A stretch of 64,000 bases of DNA, taken from NCBI GenBank assembly GCA_937625935.1, contig OW569388.1, positions 336,225-400,224 of the forward strand. Direction: 5' to 3'. This document shows, one piece after another, positions 42,125-53,102 of this stretch. The notes below the pieces were generated by a model. That model did no database searches. It was not told the origin of the DNA and saw only the letters and a program-made list of their open reading frames with translations. Source of the stretch: Tetramitus jugosus (Eukaryota > Protista > Heterolobosea). The position numbers and the translations under genes were made by a program. Each line of letters starts with the position of its first letter. The stretch's first letter is position 1.

Positions 42125-44914
42125 ATGACAATTGGAAATCAACCATTTTCTTCCCCTCTTTCCCATTCTCCAAACAACAACGATAACAACAACTATCCAA
42201 TGAACATGAGAGATAACATGAACAACAACATTAGTGGTAGTGGAAGTCCCAATAGTCAACAACAACAACAACAACAAGAATCTCCCACATTCAAAACTCC
42301 TCATCTGACCATTCACACGAATAGAGGAATAGGTAGCAAGTACAATGAAACACCATTGGAACCAACACTAGTGGATCAGTTGGGTGTCAACGTACCGGCC
42401 AATCTAACAGAGCTCAAGGGTCAACTCGAAGAACAAATTCATCACCAATACACTCAGCTTTATTCGATTTTCGCGCCACCGGAGAAACCCCCTCAATTCA
42501 AGTTTACAACGGTCAACTTTTATGCGACATTGAATGAACCAGAAATTTTGGAACTTAAGGCAAGTGCTGTCAAGGAGAGGACTCGATTAAGGAAGGCAAT
42601 TAGAGGTATCAATCAGGATTTTGTTGGATTGATCAAGGAGTTGGTTCGTATTGGATTTAGTAATGTTCAACGATGGTTCCAGAGACCTTTTGTAGCAGGT
42701 CTCACTTTTCTGTTGGTTCTCAGTTTATTGAGTGCTGTTGCGAGTGTTTTGGTGGATTTGATGACGTTTAAGCTTGTTCAGGCAAGAGTGAAAACGATGA
42801 ACTTGGCAACGACATGGTGGGGCAAGTATCTCGTATGGATCGTCTATGGATTGGTATTTGCTCTATTGAGTGAGAGTTGCGTTCGTTACATCAGTCCTTT
42901 TATTATTGGTAGTGGTATGGCCGATATGAAGACCATGATCTCTGGTATTGTGATGGAGAGAGTGTTGAGCGTGAGAACAATGATTGGAAAGTTCTTGGGC
43001 ATTGCAACGACAATGTCAAGTTCTTTCACCGTCGGCAGGGTGGGTCCGTACATTCACATTACTGCATGCATGGGGCATCAGTTGTTGAAGTTACCCATGT
43101 TTAAGCGACTTCGTCAAAACGATTTTACAAGAACAAACTTATTATGTGCCGCTATATCGGTGGCCACTGCTGCCACTTTTGGAACTCCTGTAGGAGCCGT
43201 GTTGTTCGCCATTGAGTTGTCCACAACGTATTTCCTGGTGAGCAATACTTGGAAAGTGTTTGTTGCTTCATTGTTTGGCTCTGGTTTTTTCTTTTTGGCA
43301 CGACATATCGGAGTTTTCCCTCACAGTCTGGAAGGAGTTTCATTCGCGCTCTATCCTACCAATTTCCCTCCTTTCCCCTATCATTGGTGGGAATATTCAG
43401 CATTTGCGTTCCTTGGCTTGTTTCTAGGTCTTTTGGGAGGCGTCTTCTTGAAACTAGTGGTCCAGATTATCAAAATTAGAAACCGATTCAAGATTTTGAG
43501 AGAGGCAAGATATATGGCCGTGTTTGTGGTTTGTTTGGTCATTGCAGGCATCGATTGGTGGATTAGTTTGGCTAGTATGTCATCTGGTGCCTTGTTCCAT
43601 CGTTTGTTTGGCAATGTTCCATTCGATCTATCCAAGGGAAGTGTTATTCAACAGTTGACCATCTTGTTTCTATTCAAGTACTTCGCCACTTTATTCTCAT
43701 TGTCATTGCCAATTCCTAATGGAGTCACTGTGCAATCCTGGATCATGGGTGCTTGTATCTCCCGTATCATTGGAGAATTGTTGAAGACATATGTCGATCC
43801 TGGAGTGAATCCAGCAGGATACGCTGTCGTCGGTTGTTGTGCCATGAGTGTTTCCATTACCAAGTCATTATCGATGATTGTCATCGTGCTGGAGAGTACT
43901 GGACAAACGCAATACACTATTCCATGCTTTTTGGCTTCCATTCTTGCCAAAGCGATCGCTTCGACATTTACAACAAGTATCTATGAACATATGATCAAAT
44001 TGCGTAATATGCCTTGCTTGATCTTGACGAATCCTTATATTGGTCAGAATATTCTTGCCGTTAATATTATGAAGTCAGATGTGGCCTTCATTTCAACAGA
44101 GGACTCCATGAAACAAATTGACGAATTGCTCGAAAGAACAAATCACTTGAGCTATCCAGTAGTGGACAATAGAACAAACAGAATGGTTATCGGAGAGGCA
44201 TCACGTGTTCATATTGAAAAGATGTTGGATCAGTACCGAGAAATTGCGCCTTCACTAATGGATGACGACAATAATGGTGTTATTAACATTGTTCGAAATA
44301 ATTCAAACGAACCTGACTCAAATCCGTTTGACGACATCGAACTACAGAACATCTCCATGTCAGACAATTCCGGTGCTCATGCAGAACATAAACCAGCCGA
44401 GGAGAGTGTTACCATTAGTAATGACAATGCTATTATTGATGCTGAGGTAAACAGTATCCTCCACAATCGAACTTCTAACAACAACAATACCCAGCCAGTC
44501 CAAGGCTATGTCGGTGATATTCTCATGGCCCCATCGATGATTGATGTCAATTATCAAAAGGAGTCGATAGAAATTAGACACAGAATCAGTAAGGCTCTGT
44601 CCGAGTCTAGAAATCAAGTCAGTGAGCTAACGCCTGAGATGGAGTCCAAACTGCATGATGACGGAGAAGTAACTATTCACGCAGCAAAATACATTACGAT
44701 GAATAGGCGCGGTCGATGTGATATGGTTTTAGAAGTTGATCCAGCACCATTCTGTATCAACGAGCTTACGAGTCTCAACAAGATTCAATACTTGTTCTCA
44801 ATGCTCGGATTGGGATCTACATGGGTTACTAGTCAGAGTCGATTGAAGGGTGTGTTGACCAAGAAAGATTTGATTAACGCTTCCAAAGAACTCGAGAGTT
44901 ACCTAGAGGATTAA
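42125..44914 (+). CDS. CLC chloride channel with two CBS domains
   Basis: GSGMAD, GRVGPYIH, FGTPVGAVLFAIE, YAVVG, SIYE; CBS-like C-terminus. Confidence 0.92.
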   Translation: MTIGNQPFSSPLSHSPNNNDNNNYPMNMRDNMNNNISGSGSPNSQQQQQQQESPTFKTPHLTIHTNRGIGSKYNETPLEPTLVDQLGVNVPANLTELKGQLEEQIHHQYTQLYSIFAPPEKPPQFKFTTVNFYATLNEPEILELKASAVKERTRLRKAIRGINQDFVGLIKELVRIGFSNVQRWFQRPFVAGLTFLLVLSLLSAVASVLVDLMTFKLVQARVKTMNLATTWWGKYLVWIVYGLVFALLSESCVRYISPFIIGSGMADMKTMISGIVMERVLSVRTMIGKFLGIATTMSSSFTVGRVGPYIHITACMGHQLLKLPMFKRLRQNDFTRTNLLCAAISVATAATFGTPVGAVLFAIELSTTYFLVSNTWKVFVASLFGSGFFFLARHIGVFPHSLEGVSFALYPTNFPPFPYHWWEYSAFAFLGLFLGLLGGVFLKLVVQIIKIRNRFKILREARYMAVFVVCLVIAGIDWWISLASMSSGALFHRLFGNVPFDLSKGSVIQQLTILFLFKYFATLFSLSLPIPNGVTVQSWIMGACISRIIGELLKTYVDPGVNPAGYAVVGCCAMSVSITKSLSMIVIVLESTGQTQYTIPCFLASILAKAIASTFTTSIYEHMIKLRNMPCLILTNPYIGQNILAVNIMKSDVAFISTEDSMKQIDELLERTNHLSYPVVDNRTNRMVIGEASRVHIEKMLDQYREIAPSLMDDDNNGVINIVRNNSNEPDSNPFDDIELQNISMSDNSGAHAEHKPAEESVTISNDNAIIDAEVNSILHNRTSNNNNTQPVQGYVGDILMAPSMIDVNYQKESIEIRHRISKALSESRNQVSELTPEMESKLHDDGEVTIHAAKYITMNRRGRCDMVLEVDPAPFCINELTSLNKIQYLFSMLGLGSTWVTSQSRLKGVLTKKDLINASKELESYLED

Positions 44915-44960
44915 TTTATTAGGAGTTCTCGAAAAAGTAAACGTTCATTGTCTGAATAAC

Positions 44961-45446
44961 TCACGAGGAATCTTCCCGTACTGTTCTGATATTTATCGAA
45001 TTCGAGAATGCATGATTTAGGACATTCAGAGTCATGTTGTCAATGAACCTTTCATCGGAGCAAGCCTTTTGATCATTCACAATGTATTCGAGTGATAATT
45101 TCCGTATTTGAGAAGTTCTTGTCACTTCTGCTATTGGACTGTCTTGTGATTTTCTTCTGTTCTCGGGTCGATCAGTGTTCACTAGTAAGTTGATAGCTTG
45201 TTGAGCCTTCTGGGCGCGCTTGGTATCCGAGTACGGCCACCTCTTCATTGGATGGAACTGGTAGAACAGTCTCTTGAGTGTGCTGACAGATATACCGAGT
45301 CGTTTGGCAGCCTCAGGTTGAGAACAACCAAAGTATTGAGCGATCAGAGCGGGAGTGATCTTTTTCCTGGGTTTCTTGATAGGGTTGTCTATGATGTGGT
45401 ACTTTAGACTTATTGGTGTGGTCGAGGAAGATACGCACGTGTGCAT
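44961..45446 (-). CDS. RWP-RK transcription factor
   Basis: IAQYFGCSQPEAAKRLGISVSTLKR..RWPY. Confidence 0.85.
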   Translation of the reverse strand: MHTCVSSSTTPISLKYHIIDNPIKKPRKKITPALIAQYFGCSQPEAAKRLGISVSTLKRLFYQFHPMKRWPYSDTKRAQKAQQAINLLVNTDRPENRRKSQDSPIAEVTRTSQIRKLSLEYIVNDQKACSDERFIDNMTLNVLNHAFSNSINIRTVREDSS

Positions 45447-46131
45447 GATGATTGCAAGGTTTGGCAGACTATTGCTGGATATGGAGAATGATCCAAGAGG
45501 TCAGTGGATGCACTCGATGAGAGTTGGTGTGTAAGTTGATTTCTTTTCGTGTGTGGCTGGGGATCAAATTCTCTTTTATATATGCTTGCACTAGAGCATA
45601 ACAGCCATGATGAGTTTCCTCATGGGGGTATCATCAACGAACTTGAAACCCAACACACCAACACCCCAGCAGTTATCTATGTCTATTCCGTCCATTTGAT
45701 TCTCAGTGTTAAAAACTGATCCTTCCCTTTTAGTAATGAAACTCCAAGTTCGGGTTCGAAAAAAGCCATTGACCACCCGGAGTAAAACTAGCTGGAGGCC
45801 TCTTGTGGCGATTTTTCGTAGATCGAATCTGCCGAAGCGGTGAATCACCAGCTTCCATTACAGTTTTTTCGTTGTTGTCTAGTTCAACCTCCTTTTTTTG
45901 GAGCCATTGTCGCCAGATTTGATGACGAATCCTTTAGGAAGAATGTGGAATCCTCAGTACTCGCCGTAGATGACCAGTTGACATTTCGGGTTGGTTCTAT
46001 TTTTGTACCAATGGATATGTCCAACACGAACTATTTCGATACAACGAAAAGATAATTCTGATGGAGGTGAAGAGACAAAATTGTCAACAAAAGAACGATC
46101 ATAAAATATAGTAAACATACGTCGTTATCAT

Positions 46132-47259
46132 ATGGGAATAGAGTATATTGTGTCACTGTATCAGTCGAATACTGGACCAAGTAGTGACTGGCAAACTAAG
46201 CAACGATATCGTGTTTTTCCAGTAGTCAACTTTTTGTGCCTCGTTGTAATGGGTGTCGCATCAGTTCTTTCCTTTAGCGGAGTTGTCAATCATGAAAAAA
46301 CAAATGAGGTGTACGGAAAATATCTGAATAGGTTTACAACAGCTTCATGGGTCCATTTGTTCTGGATTCCATTCTTCTGTTGGTTAATTCTGTGGGTATC
46401 TGTGAATTGTTATCTAGGTATGTTTTTGAAGAGAGACAATCGGTTGTTCAATGGTAGAATCGGATTCCTGTTCTGTGTCATCACCTTGTCTCAGAGTGTG
46501 TGGTTTCTTCTGTGGAGTCATGAGAGACTACTATTTGGCACCTTTGTACATATCGCATGCGTGTTGATACCACTTAGTGTGGCTTATTCTCGATGTAGAA
46601 TTAATTACAGCTTCAAGGGAAGACACCAAAAGATCAGGAGAGAATTTACGGACACGACTGACATTTTAATGATATCAGAGTCCTCTCCTCTTGTGAATCA
46701 GCAGGAACAGGCATTTGATCATCGAAAGTATCGATTGATTTCTCTTTGGGAGACTGTTCTCTTTTATCCCACATTTAGTGCCTATCTCGCCTGGGCCATC
46801 TTTCATTCGCTGACCAACATTTGGACCATGATCTCGAGTATTCATCTCATAAGTGGTGGTCAACCGGTGTTTCTCAGTCCTCAGACTTGGAGCATCATAT
46901 GCCAATGTGTTCTCACTGGATTGACCATTGGGGTGTTTGTATTTTGGAGAAGAGATCCTGTTGCTCCCTTGGTGATTTTGTGGAATATGGCAGGTCTTTA
47001 TTCGCGACAAAATGATCTCACTAATGGAGCCTGGGTAGAAGTATTCTGCATCATCAACATGAGTCTTCTATCTGCTGTCTGGGTCATGCTCATGGGTTCG
47101 TTGTTGCTGGAAAAGAGATTTACTGAGCGATGGTGGCTTATCCATGACAATCTCGAGGGTCCTGCTCCCAAAATGAACGAAACCGAAGCACCACTCTCCT
47201 TTGAACAGCAATCTAGGTCATCAACAACCCAAATGACCACAATGGTTTCACCAAGTTAA
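46132..47259 (+). CDS. Multi-pass membrane protein (TspO/MBR-related-like)
   Basis: About 8 hydrophobic helices; FSAYLAW, RRDPVAPLVILW motifs. Confidence 0.6.
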   Translation: MGIEYIVSLYQSNTGPSSDWQTKQRYRVFPVVNFLCLVVMGVASVLSFSGVVNHEKTNEVYGKYLNRFTTASWVHLFWIPFFCWLILWVSVNCYLGMFLKRDNRLFNGRIGFLFCVITLSQSVWFLLWSHERLLFGTFVHIACVLIPLSVAYSRCRINYSFKGRHQKIRREFTDTTDILMISESSPLVNQQEQAFDHRKYRLISLWETVLFYPTFSAYLAWAIFHSLTNIWTMISSIHLISGGQPVFLSPQTWSIICQCVLTGLTIGVFVFWRRDPVAPLVILWNMAGLYSRQNDLTNGAWVEVFCIINMSLLSAVWVMLMGSLLLEKRFTERWWLIHDNLEGPAPKMNETEAPLSFEQQSRSSTTQMTTMVSPS

Positions 47260-47334
47260 TCACATAAAGTCTCCAACCAAACAAACCATCCACAGGTTCA
47301 ACAAACAAACATCAAACAACAACGAACCCAAAAA

Positions 47335-48540
47335 ATGCAAACAATCTTTCGCCGTCAAACCCTTCTTTTCACACGAAGAGTCGCAACAACACCTAGACTC
47401 ACCATATGCAACCACCCAACAACAAACCTTCTCTCTCATCACCAAAAATCTTTTTTTTCTCATCATCACTTCCATCCACAACAACAATTGGAACACCATG
47501 AACAACAAAACAACAACAATAATACCAACAAACAACAACAAAAAAGGCAAGATTCACCAGAATACCTCGAAAAACAACAATTCTATCGTCAATTCATCCA
47601 AATGTACGGTAGACAAGCCATTCGTGATGCGTTGCTACAACAAAAATCTGATGTTCAATTTCACATGATTCATGTGTCTCATCACACGAAAAACAAGGGT
47701 ATCATACCAGAGATTTTGTCCATTGCCAAGGAACGTAACATTCCCATCAAGTTTTACACGGATGAGAAAAAATTAATGATCATCTCAAGAGCTAAAAATG
47801 AAAGTATGGTTCAAGGTATCGTCGCAGATGTAAAACCAGTGAAAAAAGAATTGAGTAAAACTGTAGATGCTTTTGTCGCGCTCCAAAAAGAGAAAAAAAA
47901 ATGGAGCGACACAGCAGCTTTACAAGAAAGTGAAAAACATGACGAACAAAAATATTCGTTATTGGGCATTTTAGCATTGGACTCTGTCATGACACCCAAA
48001 AATGTGGGAGTGATATTGAGAACTGTGGCAGCATCAGGTATTGATGCATGTTTGTTGCCTGCTGAAACAGAAGGTCAAGTCTCTGTTTTTCATCCAGAAG
48101 TGATAAGAACATCGACTGGAAGTGCCTTTAGAGCTCACACTATTCGGTGTGAACGAAGAAAGCACATGAAAACGGCATTGTGTCAATTGGTTGATGAATT
48201 GAATGCTTTAATTCTTGTTTTGACACCACCAGTCAATGAAGAATTGACTACGACAGTAGCTACTCGTATGCGTGGTTCAATTGAAAATTCATTGCCCATT
48301 AGTTTGTTTGATGTTACAGTGCATCAAAATCCGTCTCTTGTGAATTATTCAATGATTGTGTATGTTGTGGGGTCAGAGACACTTGGCGTATCGAAAGATA
48401 TTGTTGATTTGTGTGCTGATGCAAAGTACAAGAACAACTTTAAGCAGGTGTATATTCCCATGGCCTCGAATGTAGAGTCGTTGAATGCCAGTTCGGCAGC
48501 AACACTGTGTTGTTATCAACACTATCAACTGGTACAATAA
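47335..48540 (+). CDS. SpoU/TrmH-family rRNA 2'-O-methyltransferase, probably mitochondrial (MRM1/RlmB-like)
   Basis: Presequence-like N-terminus; YGRQAI, QGIVA, LDSVMTPKNVGVILRT, VVGSETLGVS, IPM..VESLNAS. Confidence 0.88.
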   Translation: MQTIFRRQTLLFTRRVATTPRLTICNHPTTNLLSHHQKSFFSHHHFHPQQQLEHHEQQNNNNNTNKQQQKRQDSPEYLEKQQFYRQFIQMYGRQAIRDALLQQKSDVQFHMIHVSHHTKNKGIIPEILSIAKERNIPIKFYTDEKKLMIISRAKNESMVQGIVADVKPVKKELSKTVDAFVALQKEKKKWSDTAALQESEKHDEQKYSLLGILALDSVMTPKNVGVILRTVAASGIDACLLPAETEGQVSVFHPEVIRTSTGSAFRAHTIRCERRKHMKTALCQLVDELNALILVLTPPVNEELTTTVATRMRGSIENSLPISLFDVTVHQNPSLVNYSMIVYVVGSETLGVSKDIVDLCADAKYKNNFKQVYIPMASNVESLNASSAATLCCYQHYQLVQ

Positions 48541-49250
48541 GACAATTGAATACATTACTTTTGTTTCTTTTGTGACACCCCTAACTTCAAATGTCAAACT
48601 CTGCTCTAACTGTCATCATCTATAGATGCAGGAATTAGGATTACTGAAGATCTTATCCGCAATAAGTACTTCTGTCTCCTTCCATTTTCTGTACTGTTCG
48701 ATTGTTTGTCTTTGTTCCTCAAAGCACTCACCACATTATATTTCGAAGTACGAGCGAGTCTCAGATTTTGTTTTTTTCGCTCAAGGCATGTTCTTTCATG
48801 TTCTCATTGATAAAGATGAAACTTGGGACAGTGTAACTTGGAAGTTCTTTAAATTTTTTTTCATCCTTAGCTGGTTCTTTCCCAACACATCAAGAAGCAA
48901 GATGTTGTCCTATTCACATCTTCCTCTTTCCCTTTACACTTTTCACTGAGACAGTACTCTGTCGTTCTTTATTATTCTTCAATACTTCGATTGAATTATT
49001 AGGAAGGTTCTCCCAATCTGTTGATTCTCGTTCTGATGATACTTCCAAGTTGATCATTATGTAGTGTTATGATGGCTGGTTAAGTTGTTTATTTCCTGGA
49101 ATGTGATCGACGATATCCTGCATTGTAACAACTCAGCTGTCCTGACTTGATGAATGTCTAGCATGAAATTACGACCTATCTAAAGAAGTAACTCGAGAAA
49201 TGTTAATCGTGTGCACGCTTGAGGTTTGGGATAGTATCCACGCATGGAGA

Positions 49251-50750
49251 TCAGTCATCCTCGACAACAATCAGTACGACTGAATCAGGTCCATGATTTG
49301 CTCTCAAATTCTTGGGAATTTTTGCCAAGACACGTTCTTCTGCTTCATTTCTCCATTGCCTATACTTTTCGACTCTTTGCTTCTTTTTCTCATCTCCAAA
49401 GCACGAATCACACACTAATATACGAAAGTCATCGTGTCCAGTTGGGCGTGCTATTTTTCCTTGCACAATTACATCGTCGTTTTCATCTGGATACAAACAC
49501 AGTTTTTGACAATCTGGAACGTTACAGAAATAAAGACTTGATCTCCCAGTGTCCGATAGTACGGCTTCACCTGTGTCTTCAAGGACCACTCCGTCACTAT
49601 CGATAGTAATATTGATCTTCTCTGGTTTTACACTTGGATCACCGAACAAGACATCAAAGTGAGTCCTTTCAAAGGTATGACGTTTGCCCGATTTGTCCCG
49701 GGTAGCAATTCGTCTCAGCTTGTTTTCCCAATTTGTTTTAATTGACTCCAGTTCCTCCTTAGGAAAATGAGTGACACAAAGATCTTTGTCATCTACCAAG
49801 TGACTGCACGCATAACAAAGGAGGAGAGAGTTGTGTAGATCACTTCTGTCTACTCCTTCCTCTGTTCCTCCTCTTGGGCCTTGTTTACTCGCTGCAACGT
49901 TGTGGGCAATAATACCGGCCCTTTCAATCCCTTGCTCTGAGCCCTTGTCCTTCAGACACAGCTCTCGACATCTCATACATGTATACAAGGATCTTAGATA
50001 CCTCATTGTTTTTGTTGGTTCAGAGAAATTTTGACGTCCACCATTATTTTCATTGATCATGGATTGAACAAACTTCCTCTCTTGCTGTTTTGGTGAGGAA
50101 ACCTCTTGAATCTTCCTTTTACCATTTGGGCTCTGGTTATTTCCTTTCTCCTTTGGGTAATGTTCTTGGGGATCAATCTCATGTTTCTTCATTTGTTTAT
50201 TGATAAAATCTACGAAGCCCGCGACAGTATTGTTTGGAAGTTCAATCTCGATGTACTTACTCTTCATAGCAATGTTTGACTCCCACTTTGTCCGTAATTT
50301 TGACAAACTAGATGTTGTCCAACTCACATCTTGTTCGTCCCTAAGCGACCAAACATACTGATAAGAATCAGGGTCAGACCATCCATTCCTCCTTGCTTCT
50401 GCCTTGCCATTGGAGCCATGAATAACGGCATCACCTTTTGCAACGAGCAAACATTTCCCGTGTGGTAACGATTCTGAACGTCCCCTCCAATTCAATGGTT
50501 TCCCTTGAGAGAAAAGGAAACATTGAATAGAGCTTGGCAATTTTGTTACATATGTTTCATGAACTTGCATCGGTGGACCCATTCTGCCTCCCCATACGAT
50601 CTGACCATTGGGACTCTGAGATCGATCAAGCGAAATGTAATTTGTGTTTCCATCTTTGTTACCAACATAGAAGAAGAACACTCCAACTTTTCCATCAGAT
50701 GATGATGATGTCCATGGACTGCGAGACAAGGAACGTTCTTTGTCACTCAT
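49251..50750 (-). CDS. Protein with a bacterial-type Zn-binding HNH endonuclease domain plus a second degenerate repeat
   Basis: CMRC..IAHNVAASKQGPRG..NSLLLCYACSHLVD..FPKEELESIK; second unit CNVPDC..CDSC..YRQWRNEAE. Confidence 0.65.
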   Translation of the reverse strand: MSDKERSLSRSPWTSSSSDGKVGVFFFYVGNKDGNTNYISLDRSQSPNGQIVWGGRMGPPMQVHETYVTKLPSSIQCFLFSQGKPLNWRGRSESLPHGKCLLVAKGDAVIHGSNGKAEARRNGWSDPDSYQYVWSLRDEQDVSWTTSSLSKLRTKWESNIAMKSKYIEIELPNNTVAGFVDFINKQMKKHEIDPQEHYPKEKGNNQSPNGKRKIQEVSSPKQQERKFVQSMINENNGGRQNFSEPTKTMRYLRSLYTCMRCRELCLKDKGSEQGIERAGIIAHNVAASKQGPRGGTEEGVDRSDLHNSLLLCYACSHLVDDKDLCVTHFPKEELESIKTNWENKLRRIATRDKSGKRHTFERTHFDVLFGDPSVKPEKINITIDSDGVVLEDTGEAVLSDTGRSSLYFCNVPDCQKLCLYPDENDDVIVQGKIARPTGHDDFRILVCDSCFGDEKKKQRVEKYRQWRNEAEERVLAKIPKNLRANHGPDSVVLIVVEDD

Positions 50751-50889
50751 CTGTTTTCATCTGTTGTTAGTATCACGGATTTTTTCGTTTTTTCAAGGGA
50801 CCGGAGTTTTATTTAACTGTCAAAAACAGCGAATGACAACTTGGCCAGTGAAAGAATCTCGTGGAATTGTTTATGGAGCATCATTGGGA

Positions 50890-52886
50890 TTACATGAGAG
50901 TCAAGAAGGAAACAACAATACACACAACAAGTGCCAAAGAGGACATCATGGACGAGGCACTGGACGCTTGAGGTTTAGGGATAGGGCCAGCATAGGCCAA
51001 TAGTCCAGGAAGAGAAATAGCGTGACCAGACACAGAGTAAGCTTCCTGTGCCCAGGCAGCAATATTGTCAACCTTGGAAGGAATATCAACCATGCAAATC
51101 TTCATACCAGATGAGATTTTCTGAGCTGGTTTCGATTGTAGGACCGAGATCATCGCACTAAAATCGGTGGCCTTAACACTGGCGCTTGAAATACATGTAC
51201 CAGTTGTAGCGAGAGCAAAATCCCATAGATCCTTACCGGAATCCACCTTTCCTAAAATGTCGAGACAATTTCCATCAGGGCAATCAGCGTTTGAGTTGCA
51301 CAACTTGGCATTAACCAAAGTATTACACATTTTTCCTTCACATAGAAGGTGGAACGCAGGAGCACCTTCAGGGTTTTCATTGCATCTGTAAAAACTGACA
51401 TGAAGTTTGATCTCTTCATCAAATAGCTTGACCAATTGAGTATAGGTACCTGAGCAGCCCTCCTCATCATATGTATCAAACTTACATGTTGTTGGTGTAT
51501 TCAGTTTGGTACTTGGTGAGCCTAGAGACTCATAAATTACTTGAAGTGTGGAGTTTGTCCACTTGCCAACTGAGAATGGGTTCAATGTGTTGGTAAACTT
51601 GTAAAGGAAACCATTTGGTTGGTATACTTGGAATAGAGTTCTTTGCAAAGCAGATGTCCAGCTATTGTCGCAAGATCTGAGTTGATTAATCACAGAGTTG
51701 ATATGCTCCATCCAAGGGGACAGTGTTGGGAGATAGAATTGAAGATCAAGGGATCCAGGGAGCAGAGAAATCAATCCATTACAATCTCTCTTCATTAATG
51801 TCACATACTTGCTGTCGAATTTGGTGGTTGATGAAGGGATCTTGTACGATGAACCATCCTTTCTAGAGTCGCTATTCACAAGAGATCCATCAGGTAGTTT
51901 TCCATTCCAGCTACTTGCTGCCTTTAGTTTGCCAGTTTGGGAATCGATGATACCGTTCTCAAACTCTGCTGAATCTGGAAGGCAAATACTGGGAGTACCC
52001 CAAGCAAATGAAGAAATAGAGGTGAGTCCAAAGCTATCAATCATGACCTTCTTGACCAACGATGAAAAGAAGCTCGAAGGAGAGGAGCCACAATTTCCAC
52101 TGTAAGCATCAAAAATGCCAGTCATGTTCAGGAATCTGTAATAGGCTGAGTCAGAGAAATCTTCACCAAGTTTTTTACAAACCAATGATGATGATCCACA
52201 GCCGTTCGTACATGGCTTGAACATGGTGGAGCAACTTGCACCAGTACACGTAAGTGAAATGTATGGTAATCTATTCTTTCTTCCATTGCTATCAGCAGGA
52301 CATTGATCAATAGCAAGATTCAATGAAGCACCACCAATCGAGTAGGACATGAAGCACGGTTGTCCAGCGACAATGGAACTGAGAGAACAACTGTCAGGTG
52401 GATTAAAACTTTCATACTTTGCATTCGTGTTGATTACGGTGATTCCACCGCTTTGCTCTGGACAGGAGTCATCGAGTCTATTGGTGAGATTGTGAGATAA
52501 GAATGCTTCTACTCCCACCACGTATTGTCTCACGAAATTTCTCTCAGTGATAGAAGGACAAGTGCACTTTGCTCTTTCCATCAATTTCTCCATGAATACG
52601 TTGTACAGCTGTGAGATCTTGTCAGCTTTGACGTGCATCTCAAAAGGTGTACCGGGAAGCAAATGAACTCTTCCTTTACCTATGAGTTCAAAAAGTCAAT
52701 GAGTCAACACACATAAAAGGCACAACGAGAAACTGTTGTAATAATAAGGCAAGTAGTGAGAGTACAGTGCGCTGTGGAATACATACAATCAATGTTGAGA
52801 ACCTCCTCTTGGAGGAGACCACAGGAGCTTGTGCTGGTGAAAAACACGAGCAATAAAAGGGCAGCAAACAAGACGAATGACTTCAT
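50890..52886 (-). CDS. Secreted Cys-rich, probably GPI-anchored surface protein; intron 52680-52786
   Basis: Signal peptide MKSFVLFAALLL; GTATGT..CATAG splice restores the frame (IDCKGRVHLLPGTPF); Ser-rich omega region and hydrophobic C-terminus. Confidence 0.75.
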
Positions 52887-53102
52887 ATTGTTATCGATAG
52901 GGATTGGGTTTGTAATTTTGGTGAAGAACCACAGAAGCTTTGGAACTGAATCTGCGGATATCGCATTGTTCGGTTGAACGTTGGAATAGAGTTTTAACTA
53001 TTTTTGGAGGTTGACGTTTGATTCCTGTTATCCATATGAGGAACAGAACAGGCGGGTACTTCCAGAGTTCAACATCACACAAACGATTCGAGAAGAAGAA
53101 AA

